Assembly (NCBI GenBank): GCA_018221105.1
Contig: JAAOYA010000008.1
Coordinates: 64,648 to 128,647, forward strand
Direction of reading: 5' to 3'
DNA: 64,000 nucleotides
Source of the DNA: Candidatus Woesearchaeota archaeon
Lineage (GTDB): Archaea; Nanobdellota; Nanobdellia; Woesearchaeales; JAAOYA01
Below, piece by piece: positions 1 to 7,898 of the stretch. Every line of letters begins with the position of its first letter. Positions within the stretch are counted from its first letter, which is position 1. A program made the position numbers and the translations under genes. The notes below the pieces were generated by a model, which did not search any database, was not told the DNA's origin, and worked only from the letters and a program-made list of their open reading frames with translations.

Positions 1-181
1 TTCGCAAAACAGCAAATAAAATCATAAGAACTACAAAAAATCCTACTGCAATAATGATTAATGTGTTGACCACTGTTATTCCCTTAAGCAAACGAGTATT
101 GGTTGATTATTTAAAGCTTATTATTTTAAGAAAACAAGCGAAAGGTTTATAAACAAACAAAGCTTTCTTTGTCACTAAAGA

Positions 182-904
182 GTGGTTAAAATGAGTTTTA
201 GAGAAAAGCAAGAAAGACAAGAGTACGCACTAAGAATGCTATCAGGACAGCTAAACTTTGAGCGAAGGAAAGAAGTAGAAAAAGATGAAAGAATAAACGA
301 ATTAGAAGCTTACGTCACAGAACTAGAACCAAAAGTAGGCATTAACCCTATATCAAAAATCGCAAACATAAGAGGTTATGAAGAAACTCTCGAAAAATTA
401 ATTGACACTTACAATGTTGTAGATACCGAAGAAAAAAGAAGATCAACAGACAAAACACAAGAATCAAAAACTTTCGCAGTTGTAGCAGCAGACATTGTAA
501 AACTAAAACACATAAATGACACTTACGGCAGAACTGCAGGAGGCGATACTGCAATAAGACAAGTTGCAGAAACAGCTAAAGAAAAATTAAGAGCTAATGA
601 TTCGGCATTTAGTCCTTCAGGAGACGAATTCTATTTTATTATTGACAATATACCAACAGGAGAACAAGGACGCGCGCAAGCTGACAAAATAGTAAGAGAC
701 AGGATTAAAAAATGGCTCGATAACAATCCTTTAAAACTTGAAAGAATAACAGAAGATCGAAAAGGAGAAATTGACGATGTCAAAGTACAAATCCATCATG
801 GGATAGCAATTTACGAGCCAACAATGACAGCAGAACAAATTACAGCCTTAGCTGACGCAGAATTAGACAAAGCACAAGACGAAGCACAAAACCCTTACTC
901 ATAA
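182..904 (+). CDS. GGDEF-domain protein (diguanylate-cyclase fold, SGDEF active-site variant) with N-terminal coiled-coil
   Basis: Full GGDEF-domain pattern in the translation: ISKIANIRGYEETLEKL (cf. LTGLxNRRxF), FAVVAADIVKLKHINDTYGRTAGGDTAIRQVAE (cf. DiDhFKxiNDtyGHxxGDxvL), SGDEFYFII (cf. GGDEF/GGEEF), and a C-terminal IHHGIAIY block. Confidence 0.6.
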   Translation: MVKMSFREKQERQEYALRMLSGQLNFERRKEVEKDERINELEAYVTELEPKVGINPISKIANIRGYEETLEKLIDTYNVVDTEEKRRSTDKTQESKTFAVVAADIVKLKHINDTYGRTAGGDTAIRQVAETAKEKLRANDSAFSPSGDEFYFIIDNIPTGEQGRAQADKIVRDRIKKWLDNNPLKLERITEDRKGEIDDVKVQIHHGIAIYEPTMTAEQITALADAELDKAQDEAQNPYS

Positions 905-1285
905 TTATTCTATTAGAACACCACTAACAACAGTTGTTTGACCAGGACGACTAGTTATCTTTGCTTTACCCTTATCAGTCTCAACAATAGTGCCCTTAGT
1001 TAAAATATTACGTCGAACAAAATGCCTGTTAGCAGGGTTCTCAACAACAGTTTTAATCAATGCTTTAACAATCTTTTTAGTTTTAGGATTGAAAATATTA
1101 ATACTGTTTTCAGAAAGTAACTTACTTTTTTTATTAGCTCCGCCAGTGCGAACACTTTTAGCTTTACGCTCTCCAACCTTAGTGTGAACAGGCGCTCGAC
1201 CAGCCTCATAAGCTCTCTTTAAACTACGAACTTTGTAGCGACCACCGCTAGCCTTACGCTTTGATTTTGATTGTATAATAACCAT
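905..1285 (-). CDS. rps8e: 30S ribosomal protein S8e
   Basis: 126 aa, basic. N-terminus SKRKASGGRYKVRSLKR matches the S8e pattern xxRKxSGGRxR; size fits. Confidence 0.85.
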   Translation of the reverse strand: MVIIQSKSKRKASGGRYKVRSLKRAYEAGRAPVHTKVGERKAKSVRTGGANKKSKLLSENSINIFNPKTKKIVKALIKTVVENPANRHFVRRNILTKGTIVETDKGKAKITSRPGQTTVVSGVLIE

Positions 1286-1348
1286 AGAAACGATGTGAAT
1301 AGCGGTTTATTTATAAAGTTTTTCATGAAAAAAGAGTAAAAGAGTCAA

Positions 1349-1897
1349 TCAAATTAAATCAATTTGTTCATACTTTGGCTCTTCTACAACATTAAATAAT
1401 TCAAGCTCATCAATAAAGTCAGGAATATAACTTTTAATTTCTTTAACAATACTATTTAGATGGTGAGTGTCTTCATAAATAAAAGAACAGTAAAAATCGT
1501 ATTTTCCAATTAGTTTTGATATATAAGTTACAAATTCATTAGCAACCATTTTTTGCTGAAACTTTTTCTTACTATCTTCTCCAGCTTTCACTCTAATCAA
1601 TAAAGAAGCAATATTAGGATACCCTAAAGATACAGGATCAATTATCGGTATTATATTCAAAATCACTTTTTCTTTTTTTAATTTTTTTAAACGTCTTGCA
1701 ATACTATCTCTTTGTAAGCCAGTAGTTTTTGCTAATTGAGAAATACTCATTCTTCCATCTTGAGTAAGAGCTTTCAGTATTTTTTTATCTTTAGAGTCTA
1801 TTAGCATTTTATTATATTTTTTTGAATCCATAATATTATTATTATTTAAGCCATTATTTATATATTTTTTGCTTATTATAAGCCTTTTTTTAAGCAA
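1349..1897 (-). CDS. Lrp/AsnC-family transcriptional regulator (HTH plus RAM domain)
   Basis: KILKALTQDGRMSISQLAKTTGLQRDSIARRLKKL is an HTH_AsnC-type motif, followed by an RAM-like C-domain. The true start is probably the internal Met (MDSKKYN, about 1831). Confidence 0.75.
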   Translation of the reverse strand: MLKKRLIISKKYINNGLNNNNIMDSKKYNKMLIDSKDKKILKALTQDGRMSISQLAKTTGLQRDSIARRLKKLKKEKVILNIIPIIDPVSLGYPNIASLLIRVKAGEDSKKKFQQKMVANEFVTYISKLIGKYDFYCSFIYEDTHHLNSIVKEIKSYIPDFIDELELFNVVEEPKYEQIDLI

Positions 1898-1958
1898 GTT
1901 GTTAAATAATACGTAACTATTACTCTTTAGTAGTTGCTAAAAACGCGGAGGTAAAAAA

Positions 1959-2162
1959 ATGAAACTAGAAAAACAACTAGCGGCTATTGAACAAGCAAAA
2001 CAGCTTGAAGAAGTCTACCAAAAAGACCCTGTAGCGGATTTAAGATATAAGCTCGATACAGCGTATTTTTCAGCAAGACGATGCGGTTTAACACACGAAG
2101 AAGCTGCAGCAGAAACAGTGCTTCATACAAGGAAACCTGGAGAAAGCAAAAGTAGAAGATAA
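1959..2162 (+). CDS. hypothetical small protein
   Basis: 67-aa ORF in an intergenic gap; no recognisable motif. Confidence 0.2.
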   Translation: MKLEKQLAAIEQAKQLEEVYQKDPVADLRYKLDTAYFSARRCGLTHEEAAAETVLHTRKPGESKSRR

Positions 2163-2172
2163 ATTATTTCTT

Positions 2173-3993
2173 TTATTTTATTAGTTTCTTAGCCTCTATA
2201 AATGTTGCAGCACTCCAAGCTTGCGCTGGACAACCAAAAGGCTCATAGTTTAGGGCGCTAGAAATTTCAGAAGCATGACCAATGCCAAAATTATAGAGTA
2301 AGTCTTCCTCGCTAGCAAAGAGCAATTGTTTGATTTCTTTTTTGAACTTGCGAGCGTTTACCGATTGCAATGCAATTGCAGCTATGTTGTTTACGAAAAA
2401 CCAGTTGTCGCCACGATGATAACTCTCATCATCGCCTCCAGTGTGCTCTGTGCGAAATAATAAGCTAGACTTGTCAATAGTCGCTAGTCCTCCTTTATTT
2501 TTATCCCACTGACACCACAATTTTGGCAAAGCATTAACAAATATTTTTTGCCATTCTTTTTTTGTTAAGAGTTCTGGAAGCGCATAACACGCTAAGAAAA
2601 TGTTAGGCCTGATAGTGTCGTCTCCTTCACCATCAAAAAGGTTTTTGCCATCAAAAAAAGTTTTCTTAAAAGTTGCCACGTGTTCAACTAGAACTTTTTG
2701 ATAACGCGTGCCTTGATTGTCATTGCCCATTAACAGGTTAAGCTTTGATAATAATTTAAATGCGTTAAACGCTAGTGCATTAATTTCTACGCGAGCGCCA
2801 AGTCGAGGGTCTAAATCACCTCTTGTGTCCATCCAACTTTCTTGCGGACTGCTAATAAAAAGTCCTCTAGTGTAATGATTGTGCATTAAACGTTTTATTG
2901 AATAACTGATTGTTCCTTCAATAAACACTAAGTCAGTCATAGGAAGATGTGTTTCCACTAATTTTTTTTCTTCTAGCATGCTAACATAATCGTAGAGTCT
3001 TTTGTATAACCATCCAATACCATCACTACTTGCTAAATCAGCATGCGGTAAACGATTAGGTATTCTACCATCAGGTTGCACTGCTCTCAAATACTTAAAC
3101 AGCACTTCTTTTGCAACAGAATATTTTTCTTGCAGCATTAAAGCTTTCAAACTTATTAATTCATCACGTGTCCAATAATGAAAAAACCATGGCAGGCCAG
3201 CAAAAATTCCGCGACCAACTCCTGGCATGTCTTGTACTAAATCATACAAGCTTTTTTTTGCTATTATTGTGCTAAAATCTTTTTCTGAAGTGGTCAATCT
3301 TTCTACTCTTCGCTCTTGTAAGTGCTTGTGAGTGTCAAGCATTCTAAAAATGTTTGTCGCCTGGTTTTCTGCAGTTTCCAAATCTGTTGAAGCTGCAAAA
3401 ACAATCAGTGAATCATTTTCTAAATTAAAACGCAAAGCACGATAAACCCACCACGCCATGTTCTCACCGCGGGTCTCATCAAATGAGTAGTCAGCAGGCT
3501 CCCACACGCCATTAAAAACATGTTTGAGGTTGGTCATAATGACTAAGAAGAACCCGCGACACTCAATTATAATTTTATTATCCTGATGAGACCTATTATA
3601 AACTCTTCCTGTTGTAGAAAAATCATAAATAGAACGCATATCCAATACTAAGTCTAGTGTTTGATTAACAGCATTTTTTGCTTGATAACTAAAAGCTCCA
3701 ATATCCTTTGGCATGAAAAAAGTTTCTTCAAAAGTGCCGTTCAGTGTCACTTGCGTTAATTCGTTGGTAACACTTTCTACTTTATTTGAAGAATCTAATC
3801 GATCAATAATTTTTGCCAAATCCCAACCATCAACAGTTGGCAGCGGTATGTGAAAACCTTGAAATTTTGATTGTTGCAATCCTAAAGATTGCATAAAATA
3901 AGCCCCTGTTTTATTTGAAAGAATACTAAAAAGCTTTTTCTCACCTACCTCTTTTTGAAGGGAGAACTTGCCAAATCTGTGACCAACCCTCAT
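2173..3993 (-). CDS. glycoside hydrolase of the (alpha/alpha)6-barrel glycogen-debranching-enzyme (GDE_C / amylo-alpha-1,6-glucosidase-like) family
   Basis: 606 aa with WFFHYWTRDELISL and HRGDNWFFVNNIAAIAL segments typical of the GDE C-terminal catalytic domain. Neighbouring sugar-metabolism genes downstream (ROK kinase, PGI/PMI). Confidence 0.55.
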   Translation of the reverse strand: MRVGHRFGKFSLQKEVGEKKLFSILSNKTGAYFMQSLGLQQSKFQGFHIPLPTVDGWDLAKIIDRLDSSNKVESVTNELTQVTLNGTFEETFFMPKDIGAFSYQAKNAVNQTLDLVLDMRSIYDFSTTGRVYNRSHQDNKIIIECRGFFLVIMTNLKHVFNGVWEPADYSFDETRGENMAWWVYRALRFNLENDSLIVFAASTDLETAENQATNIFRMLDTHKHLQERRVERLTTSEKDFSTIIAKKSLYDLVQDMPGVGRGIFAGLPWFFHYWTRDELISLKALMLQEKYSVAKEVLFKYLRAVQPDGRIPNRLPHADLASSDGIGWLYKRLYDYVSMLEEKKLVETHLPMTDLVFIEGTISYSIKRLMHNHYTRGLFISSPQESWMDTRGDLDPRLGARVEINALAFNAFKLLSKLNLLMGNDNQGTRYQKVLVEHVATFKKTFFDGKNLFDGEGDDTIRPNIFLACYALPELLTKKEWQKIFVNALPKLWCQWDKNKGGLATIDKSSLLFRTEHTGGDDESYHRGDNWFFVNNIAAIALQSVNARKFKKEIKQLLFASEEDLLYNFGIGHASEISSALNYEPFGCPAQAWSAATFIEAKKLIK

Positions 3994-4034
3994 AAGTTAA
4001 CAAAAATCACAGTCAGATTTTATAAAGCTTTTCG

Positions 4035-5465
4035 TTAGCTGACAAGTATTTTAGCGGTTCGCTCATCTTTAAGCTCTGCGTAATGCGTCTCAAGCACTTC
4101 TACTAGTATACCATTGATTTCTTCTGCTTGTCCTACAATGATAGGATCGCTAGTGACATCGCCAACAGTTACTACTACCTCGTCTTCGCCTACATTAACT
4201 AATGTTATTGTTCGCTCATTAAAAATTACTTCTTGGCCAATACCCAGTAAAAAGTCTTCTGTTACTGGTTCTTGATTTAAGCATTCGTCAGTCAGCGCTA
4301 ATAACAATTTTGCTTTACGCTCTGTAGACATGTCAGCATAATAAGTGTCAAGAACTGTCACTTTGACACACCCAATAATTTCAGATTCTCCTTCTCTAGG
4401 ATCTCCTTTGAATTCATCAACTGAAATCAGTGTCCACCCGTCACTGCCAACATTTTCGAGTTCTACCACGTGCTCTCCAACACTTGTTGTTTGATCAGTA
4501 TACAAGTAAATTGTTTCTTGAGAACTGTATTCTTTGCAAGCTCCCTCAACACAACCATAATCACAAGTGTACTCTTGTTTTGCTACTGTGCCATCGTCTG
4601 TGCAGTATTGTTCAAGTAACACATTGTACTCGCACTCATCATAATATTTTACTTCATCATAAATGACTTTTCCTGTAGTATAATAATTTTTTGAGCCATC
4701 ACTATCCCAACAAGTTGGTTCTTCTTTGCCCTCAAAGTGCTCTGCTATAACTTTTATTGGATTACTATAAACTTTTCCTTCGTACGTCAGGACAGTTATA
4801 GAATAATAGTTAAACTCCCCTCGTATTTGATCATTGAAAGCAGTTTTATCCCTATTAGTTATGTACGAAACATATTTTTGCTCTGGGTATTTTGGCCATT
4901 CAACCTCATTAGACCATACTACTTTGTAACCTTCAAAACCTGGACAAGTGTAAGGACTCCACTCTAAAAGCACTTGTTCTTCGTAAGCTTTACCAGCCAA
5001 TTCAACAGTATCTTCACAATCTAGAGCGTTTTCAAGCTCTTCTTTAAAATCTGGTTTATCAACATCATAATCTTTTTCAGGGTAATCTTTATCAGCATCA
5101 TATCCTTCATCTTCATAATCTTGTTTTGGCGCGCTTTGCCGACCAACTTTTTTTAAACAAACAATTTCCTGGCTTTGCGTGTCAATATACGAGTAAATTT
5201 CAAGACCAGATGTCACGTCAGTCATTGTAATCTTATAGTGAGACTTATTTTCTAAACTTATAGCGCACAACTCTTGAACAACACCATTCTCTAGCATACT
5301 TTGAGTGGCTGTTAGCCGTGCAACTGTTACGTCAGCATCAGGGTATTGGTCAAGAAAATCTTTGACTTGAGAGTTAGCCTTGAGTATTGTTAAAGGATCC
5401 ATAGGACCACAACTTACCAAAAACATTGCCGTCAAAATTGTTAGTAGCACAAAAAGTTTTTTCAT
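4035..5465 (-). CDS. secreted lipoprotein, hypothetical (acidic, Cys-containing)
   Basis: N-terminal signal peptide with lipobox-like LVSCG; long acidic region (DYEDEGYDADKDYPEKDYDVD); multiple Cys pairs. Confidence 0.5.
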   Translation of the reverse strand: MKKLFVLLTILTAMFLVSCGPMDPLTILKANSQVKDFLDQYPDADVTVARLTATQSMLENGVVQELCAISLENKSHYKITMTDVTSGLEIYSYIDTQSQEIVCLKKVGRQSAPKQDYEDEGYDADKDYPEKDYDVDKPDFKEELENALDCEDTVELAGKAYEEQVLLEWSPYTCPGFEGYKVVWSNEVEWPKYPEQKYVSYITNRDKTAFNDQIRGEFNYYSITVLTYEGKVYSNPIKVIAEHFEGKEEPTCWDSDGSKNYYTTGKVIYDEVKYYDECEYNVLLEQYCTDDGTVAKQEYTCDYGCVEGACKEYSSQETIYLYTDQTTSVGEHVVELENVGSDGWTLISVDEFKGDPREGESEIIGCVKVTVLDTYYADMSTERKAKLLLALTDECLNQEPVTEDFLLGIGQEVIFNERTITLVNVGEDEVVVTVGDVTSDPIIVGQAEEINGILVEVLETHYAELKDERTAKILVS

Positions 5466-5581
5466 AGTCTCACCTTGTTTTATACTATTAACAACTTTTT
5501 AGCATTAATCGTATATAAACTTAATCATTAACAATAAACTTTATATATCACGACAGGAACTTATACTAAAAAGAGGTCAAA

Positions 5582-5887
5582 ATGAAGTTTTATCGAAAGT
5601 ACAATCTTTTTGAAAAATTATTATTATTTATAGGATTCTTCGTGGCAATATTTGGTTATTGGATGATTAACACACAATTAAAAATCGAAGGTTACAGTTG
5701 GTTTGCAATGATAACAATCTTTTTATGGCTAAACCTATTAATAATGATAATACTAGCTGCAACTGGTGAAAACCAAAAAGAAGAATTATCAATAGTCATC
5801 AAAGAACAACGCGAAGAAGTACGAATTCTAAAAGAAATAGCTTACGAACAATTAGAAGAACTAAAACTACTAAGAACAAAAAAGTAA
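5582..5887 (+). CDS. small membrane protein, hypothetical
   Basis: Two predicted TM helices followed by a charged coiled tail. Confidence 0.35.
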   Translation: MKFYRKYNLFEKLLLFIGFFVAIFGYWMINTQLKIEGYSWFAMITIFLWLNLLIMIILAATGENQKEELSIVIKEQREEVRILKEIAYEQLEELKLLRTKK

Positions 5888-5888
5888 G

Positions 5889-5981
5889 TGGGACTGCGAA
5901 GATTTAGAACCCATCTTTTACAAAAAGCTGGACCAAAAGAATATTATGGGACGTTAGCAAGTAATGCTAAGCCCCATTCTA
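5889..5981 (-). other. tRNA-like remnant duplicating the 3' ~25 nt of the adjacent tRNA-Pro (pseudo-tRNA or att-site scar)
   Basis: gggactgcgaagatttagaaccc (5890-5912) is near-identical to gggactgcgaggatttgaacccc at the tRNA-Pro 3' end. An acceptor pairing UGGGGCU/AGUCCCA is possible, but the T-arm is degenerate and the D-arm aberrant. Confidence 0.3.
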
Positions 5982-6054
5982 TGGGACTGCGAGGATTTGA
6001 ACCCCGGTTGCACGGCCCCCAGCCGTGAATGATACCAAACTACACTACAGTCCC
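5982..6054 (-). tRNA. tRNA-Pro (anticodon GGG)
   Basis: Reverse complement folds as acceptor GGGACUG/CAGUCCC, anticodon stem CACGG/CCGUG with loop CUGGGGG, T-arm CGGGG-UUCAAAU-CCUCG, discriminator A. Length 73 nt, no intron. Confidence 0.8.
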
Positions 6055-6111
6055 AAGACTATGAAGAATTAGCAGTGTATTAAAAAAATTAACTAAAAAA
6101 AAGAAAAAAAA

Positions 6112-6309
6112 TTATTTTTTCGTTGGTAGTTTGCAACAGTCTTTGCAAAACTGTACGTGCAAACCAATTGTTAGCAGCATCACAGCAAAGAAGAACTCAA
6201 TGTTTAGCCAGCTTGCAAAAATGTCAAAAGACATTAACAAAAGCAATACTCCAGCTAAAATAAAAATACATCCTTTATGTTTTTTCATGTCCATATCACT
6301 CACCTCCAT
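6112..6309 (-). CDS. small membrane protein, hypothetical
   Basis: 65 aa, one hydrophobic helix, Cys-rich tail (CKDCCK). Confidence 0.3.
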   Translation of the reverse strand: MEVSDMDMKKHKGCIFILAGVLLLLMSFDIFASWLNIEFFFAVMLLTIGLHVQFCKDCCKLPTKK

Positions 6310-6326
6310 TTACTTTTTTAAGTGTT

Positions 6327-6524
6327 TTATTGTAGTATATTTAACATTTTATTTGCATTCATAATATGTTTTTGTTCGTCATTTACAATGCCTGAGATTA
6401 CGCTTTTTATTTTTTCATTTTTAATCTCTTCAATAATCTTTGTGTAAGTGTCAAGCACTGCTTTTTCAGCATTTAATAAATCAGTAAATAATTCCATTAT
6501 TGCATCAGAGTTCATACTTATCAC
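6327..6524 (-). CDS. small helical protein, hypothetical (paralogous to upstream neighbour)
   Basis: 65 aa. Shares the pattern ELxxxLxAEK...KH with ORF 6505-6735; overlaps it by 20 nt in a different frame. Confidence 0.35.
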   Translation of the reverse strand: MISMNSDAIMELFTDLLNAEKAVLDTYTKIIEEIKNEKIKSVISGIVNDEQKHIMNANKMLNILQ

Positions 6525-6735
6525 TTTTTATATCATTAATAAGATCTTCGAGAATTTTTTGGTGTTTTCTAGTGTCTGAAATGTTTTCAGCCAATAATTT
6601 TTTTATTTTTTCATATTTTTCTGCCGATAAACTTTTTAACAATTCCCATATGCTATCATCGTCATATTTCAATATGAAATCGTCTTCCCAATATTTTGTA
6701 TTCTCCAATTGTTCAATAAGTTCCTGTTTATTCAT
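6505..6735 (-). CDS. small helical protein, hypothetical
   Basis: 76 aa, acidic/helical; motif similarity to the downstream 65-aa ORF. Confidence 0.35.
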   Translation of the reverse strand: MNKQELIEQLENTKYWEDDFILKYDDDSIWELLKSLSAEKYEKIKKLLAENISDTRKHQKILEDLINDIKSDKYEL

Positions 6736-6794
6736 TTTGTTTTATTCTCAGCCCTTGCTAAAAACATCAAGTGTTTCGTGTTGGAAAAATATTT

Positions 6795-7853
6795 TTAAAC
6801 TTTTACTGTTAAACGCTTTGCTTTTGGGGTGATATCAAAAAGTTTTCTGCGATCCACAATGCCAGCGTCTTTAACACCGCCCTTTTTTTTGAGTTTTGGT
6901 ATCATAGTGCGCAATCTTGACATTGAAATTTTTGTCGCTCGTGAAATTCTTAAGTAATCACTAGCTCCAGTGTTTAACAAGTAACGTAATACTTTTTGCT
7001 CTATTGGATTGTATAATCTTTCAAATGCTCCAATTCCTTTAGCGGTTGCTGTTTTTGACTTAGCAACTTTTTGTTCTACTACAACAATATTATGATAATC
7101 TAATATTTCTTTAGCGCCGTGATATGATATTTTATAATCATCATTGAGTACTGGGTTATGCTCTTTGAATTTGCGGTGGTGAAAATCAAAAATCAAATCA
7201 GCATATTCTAATAATCGTCGTGGATTGCCGCCTGAAACTTCTATTAACAAATCAACAGTTTCGGGGGACAGTTTTTTGTAAAAATTAGTTTTTTCTTTTT
7301 TGTTGTCTAGGCGCGTTGAAAGCATTGTTTTTAATTCTTCATCATCAAGGCTTCGAAGTCGCACCATTCTATTGCCTAATCGTTCTTTAAAACTGTCTGT
7401 AACATTTAATAATCTTGGACTAATTTGTGCTATTACAATACTGCGAATTTTTCTGATGTTAGGATTCTCCCAACTTGAACGCGCTTGCAACACAATGTTT
7501 TTGTCAGTGTCTTGAAACTCATCGATTATTAGCACTGGTTGTTTTGTTGGAAACTTTTTTAGTGTAATTCGATCAAAAAAACCTCTTTTTTTGCTCAGTT
7601 CTTGCTCTAAACTGAAATCTTTTGGCAAGTCGTGAGCGTCTAAGTATATGAACTTATGATTTTTTAGTTCTTTTTGAAGTTTTTTTAGCATTGAAGTCTT
7701 GCCACTACCGGTTAAACCGTTTAGAAAACAAATTTCTTCTTTTAGAATATGATTTCTTACTTTATCAAATTCATTATTCAAACCGACAAGTGTTGGGTTT
7801 GGTCTAATATCTAAAGGATTGTCTTTAAAGCCTAATGTTGCAAACCAACTCAT
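6795..7853 (-). CDS. AAA+ ATPase with C-terminal winged-helix (archaeal-ATPase / Orc1-Cdc6-like)
   Basis: Walker A GLTGSGKTSML, Walker B LIIDEFQD, GGNPRRLLEYADL sensor-like motif, C-terminal wHTH (KVLRYLLNTGASDYLRISRATKISMSRLRTMI). Confidence 0.55.
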   Translation of the reverse strand: MSWFATLGFKDNPLDIRPNPTLVGLNNEFDKVRNHILKEEICFLNGLTGSGKTSMLKKLQKELKNHKFIYLDAHDLPKDFSLEQELSKKRGFFDRITLKKFPTKQPVLIIDEFQDTDKNIVLQARSSWENPNIRKIRSIVIAQISPRLLNVTDSFKERLGNRMVRLRSLDDEELKTMLSTRLDNKKEKTNFYKKLSPETVDLLIEVSGGNPRRLLEYADLIFDFHHRKFKEHNPVLNDDYKISYHGAKEILDYHNIVVVEQKVAKSKTATAKGIGAFERLYNPIEQKVLRYLLNTGASDYLRISRATKISMSRLRTMIPKLKKKGGVKDAGIVDRRKLFDITPKAKRLTVKV

Positions 7854-7898
7854 ACAATTTACTCTAGAATAATAGTATTTAAAAGTATCTAATAGTCT

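Noticed and set aside
348-554. Numerous antisense or shadow ORFs inside larger genes (e.g. 348-554, 990-1187, 4430-4967, 8470-9486, 26702-27046, 49738-50336)
   Set aside because: Embedded opposite or overlapping well-supported genes; low-complexity translations; typical of AT-rich six-frame noise.
5889-5981. Possible second intact tRNA (88 nt, class-II-like) on the minus strand
   Set aside because: An acceptor stem can be drawn, but the T-stem (AUGGG/CUUCG) and D-arm do not pair properly and no 7-nt anticodon loop with a 5-bp stem was found; kept only as a remnant.
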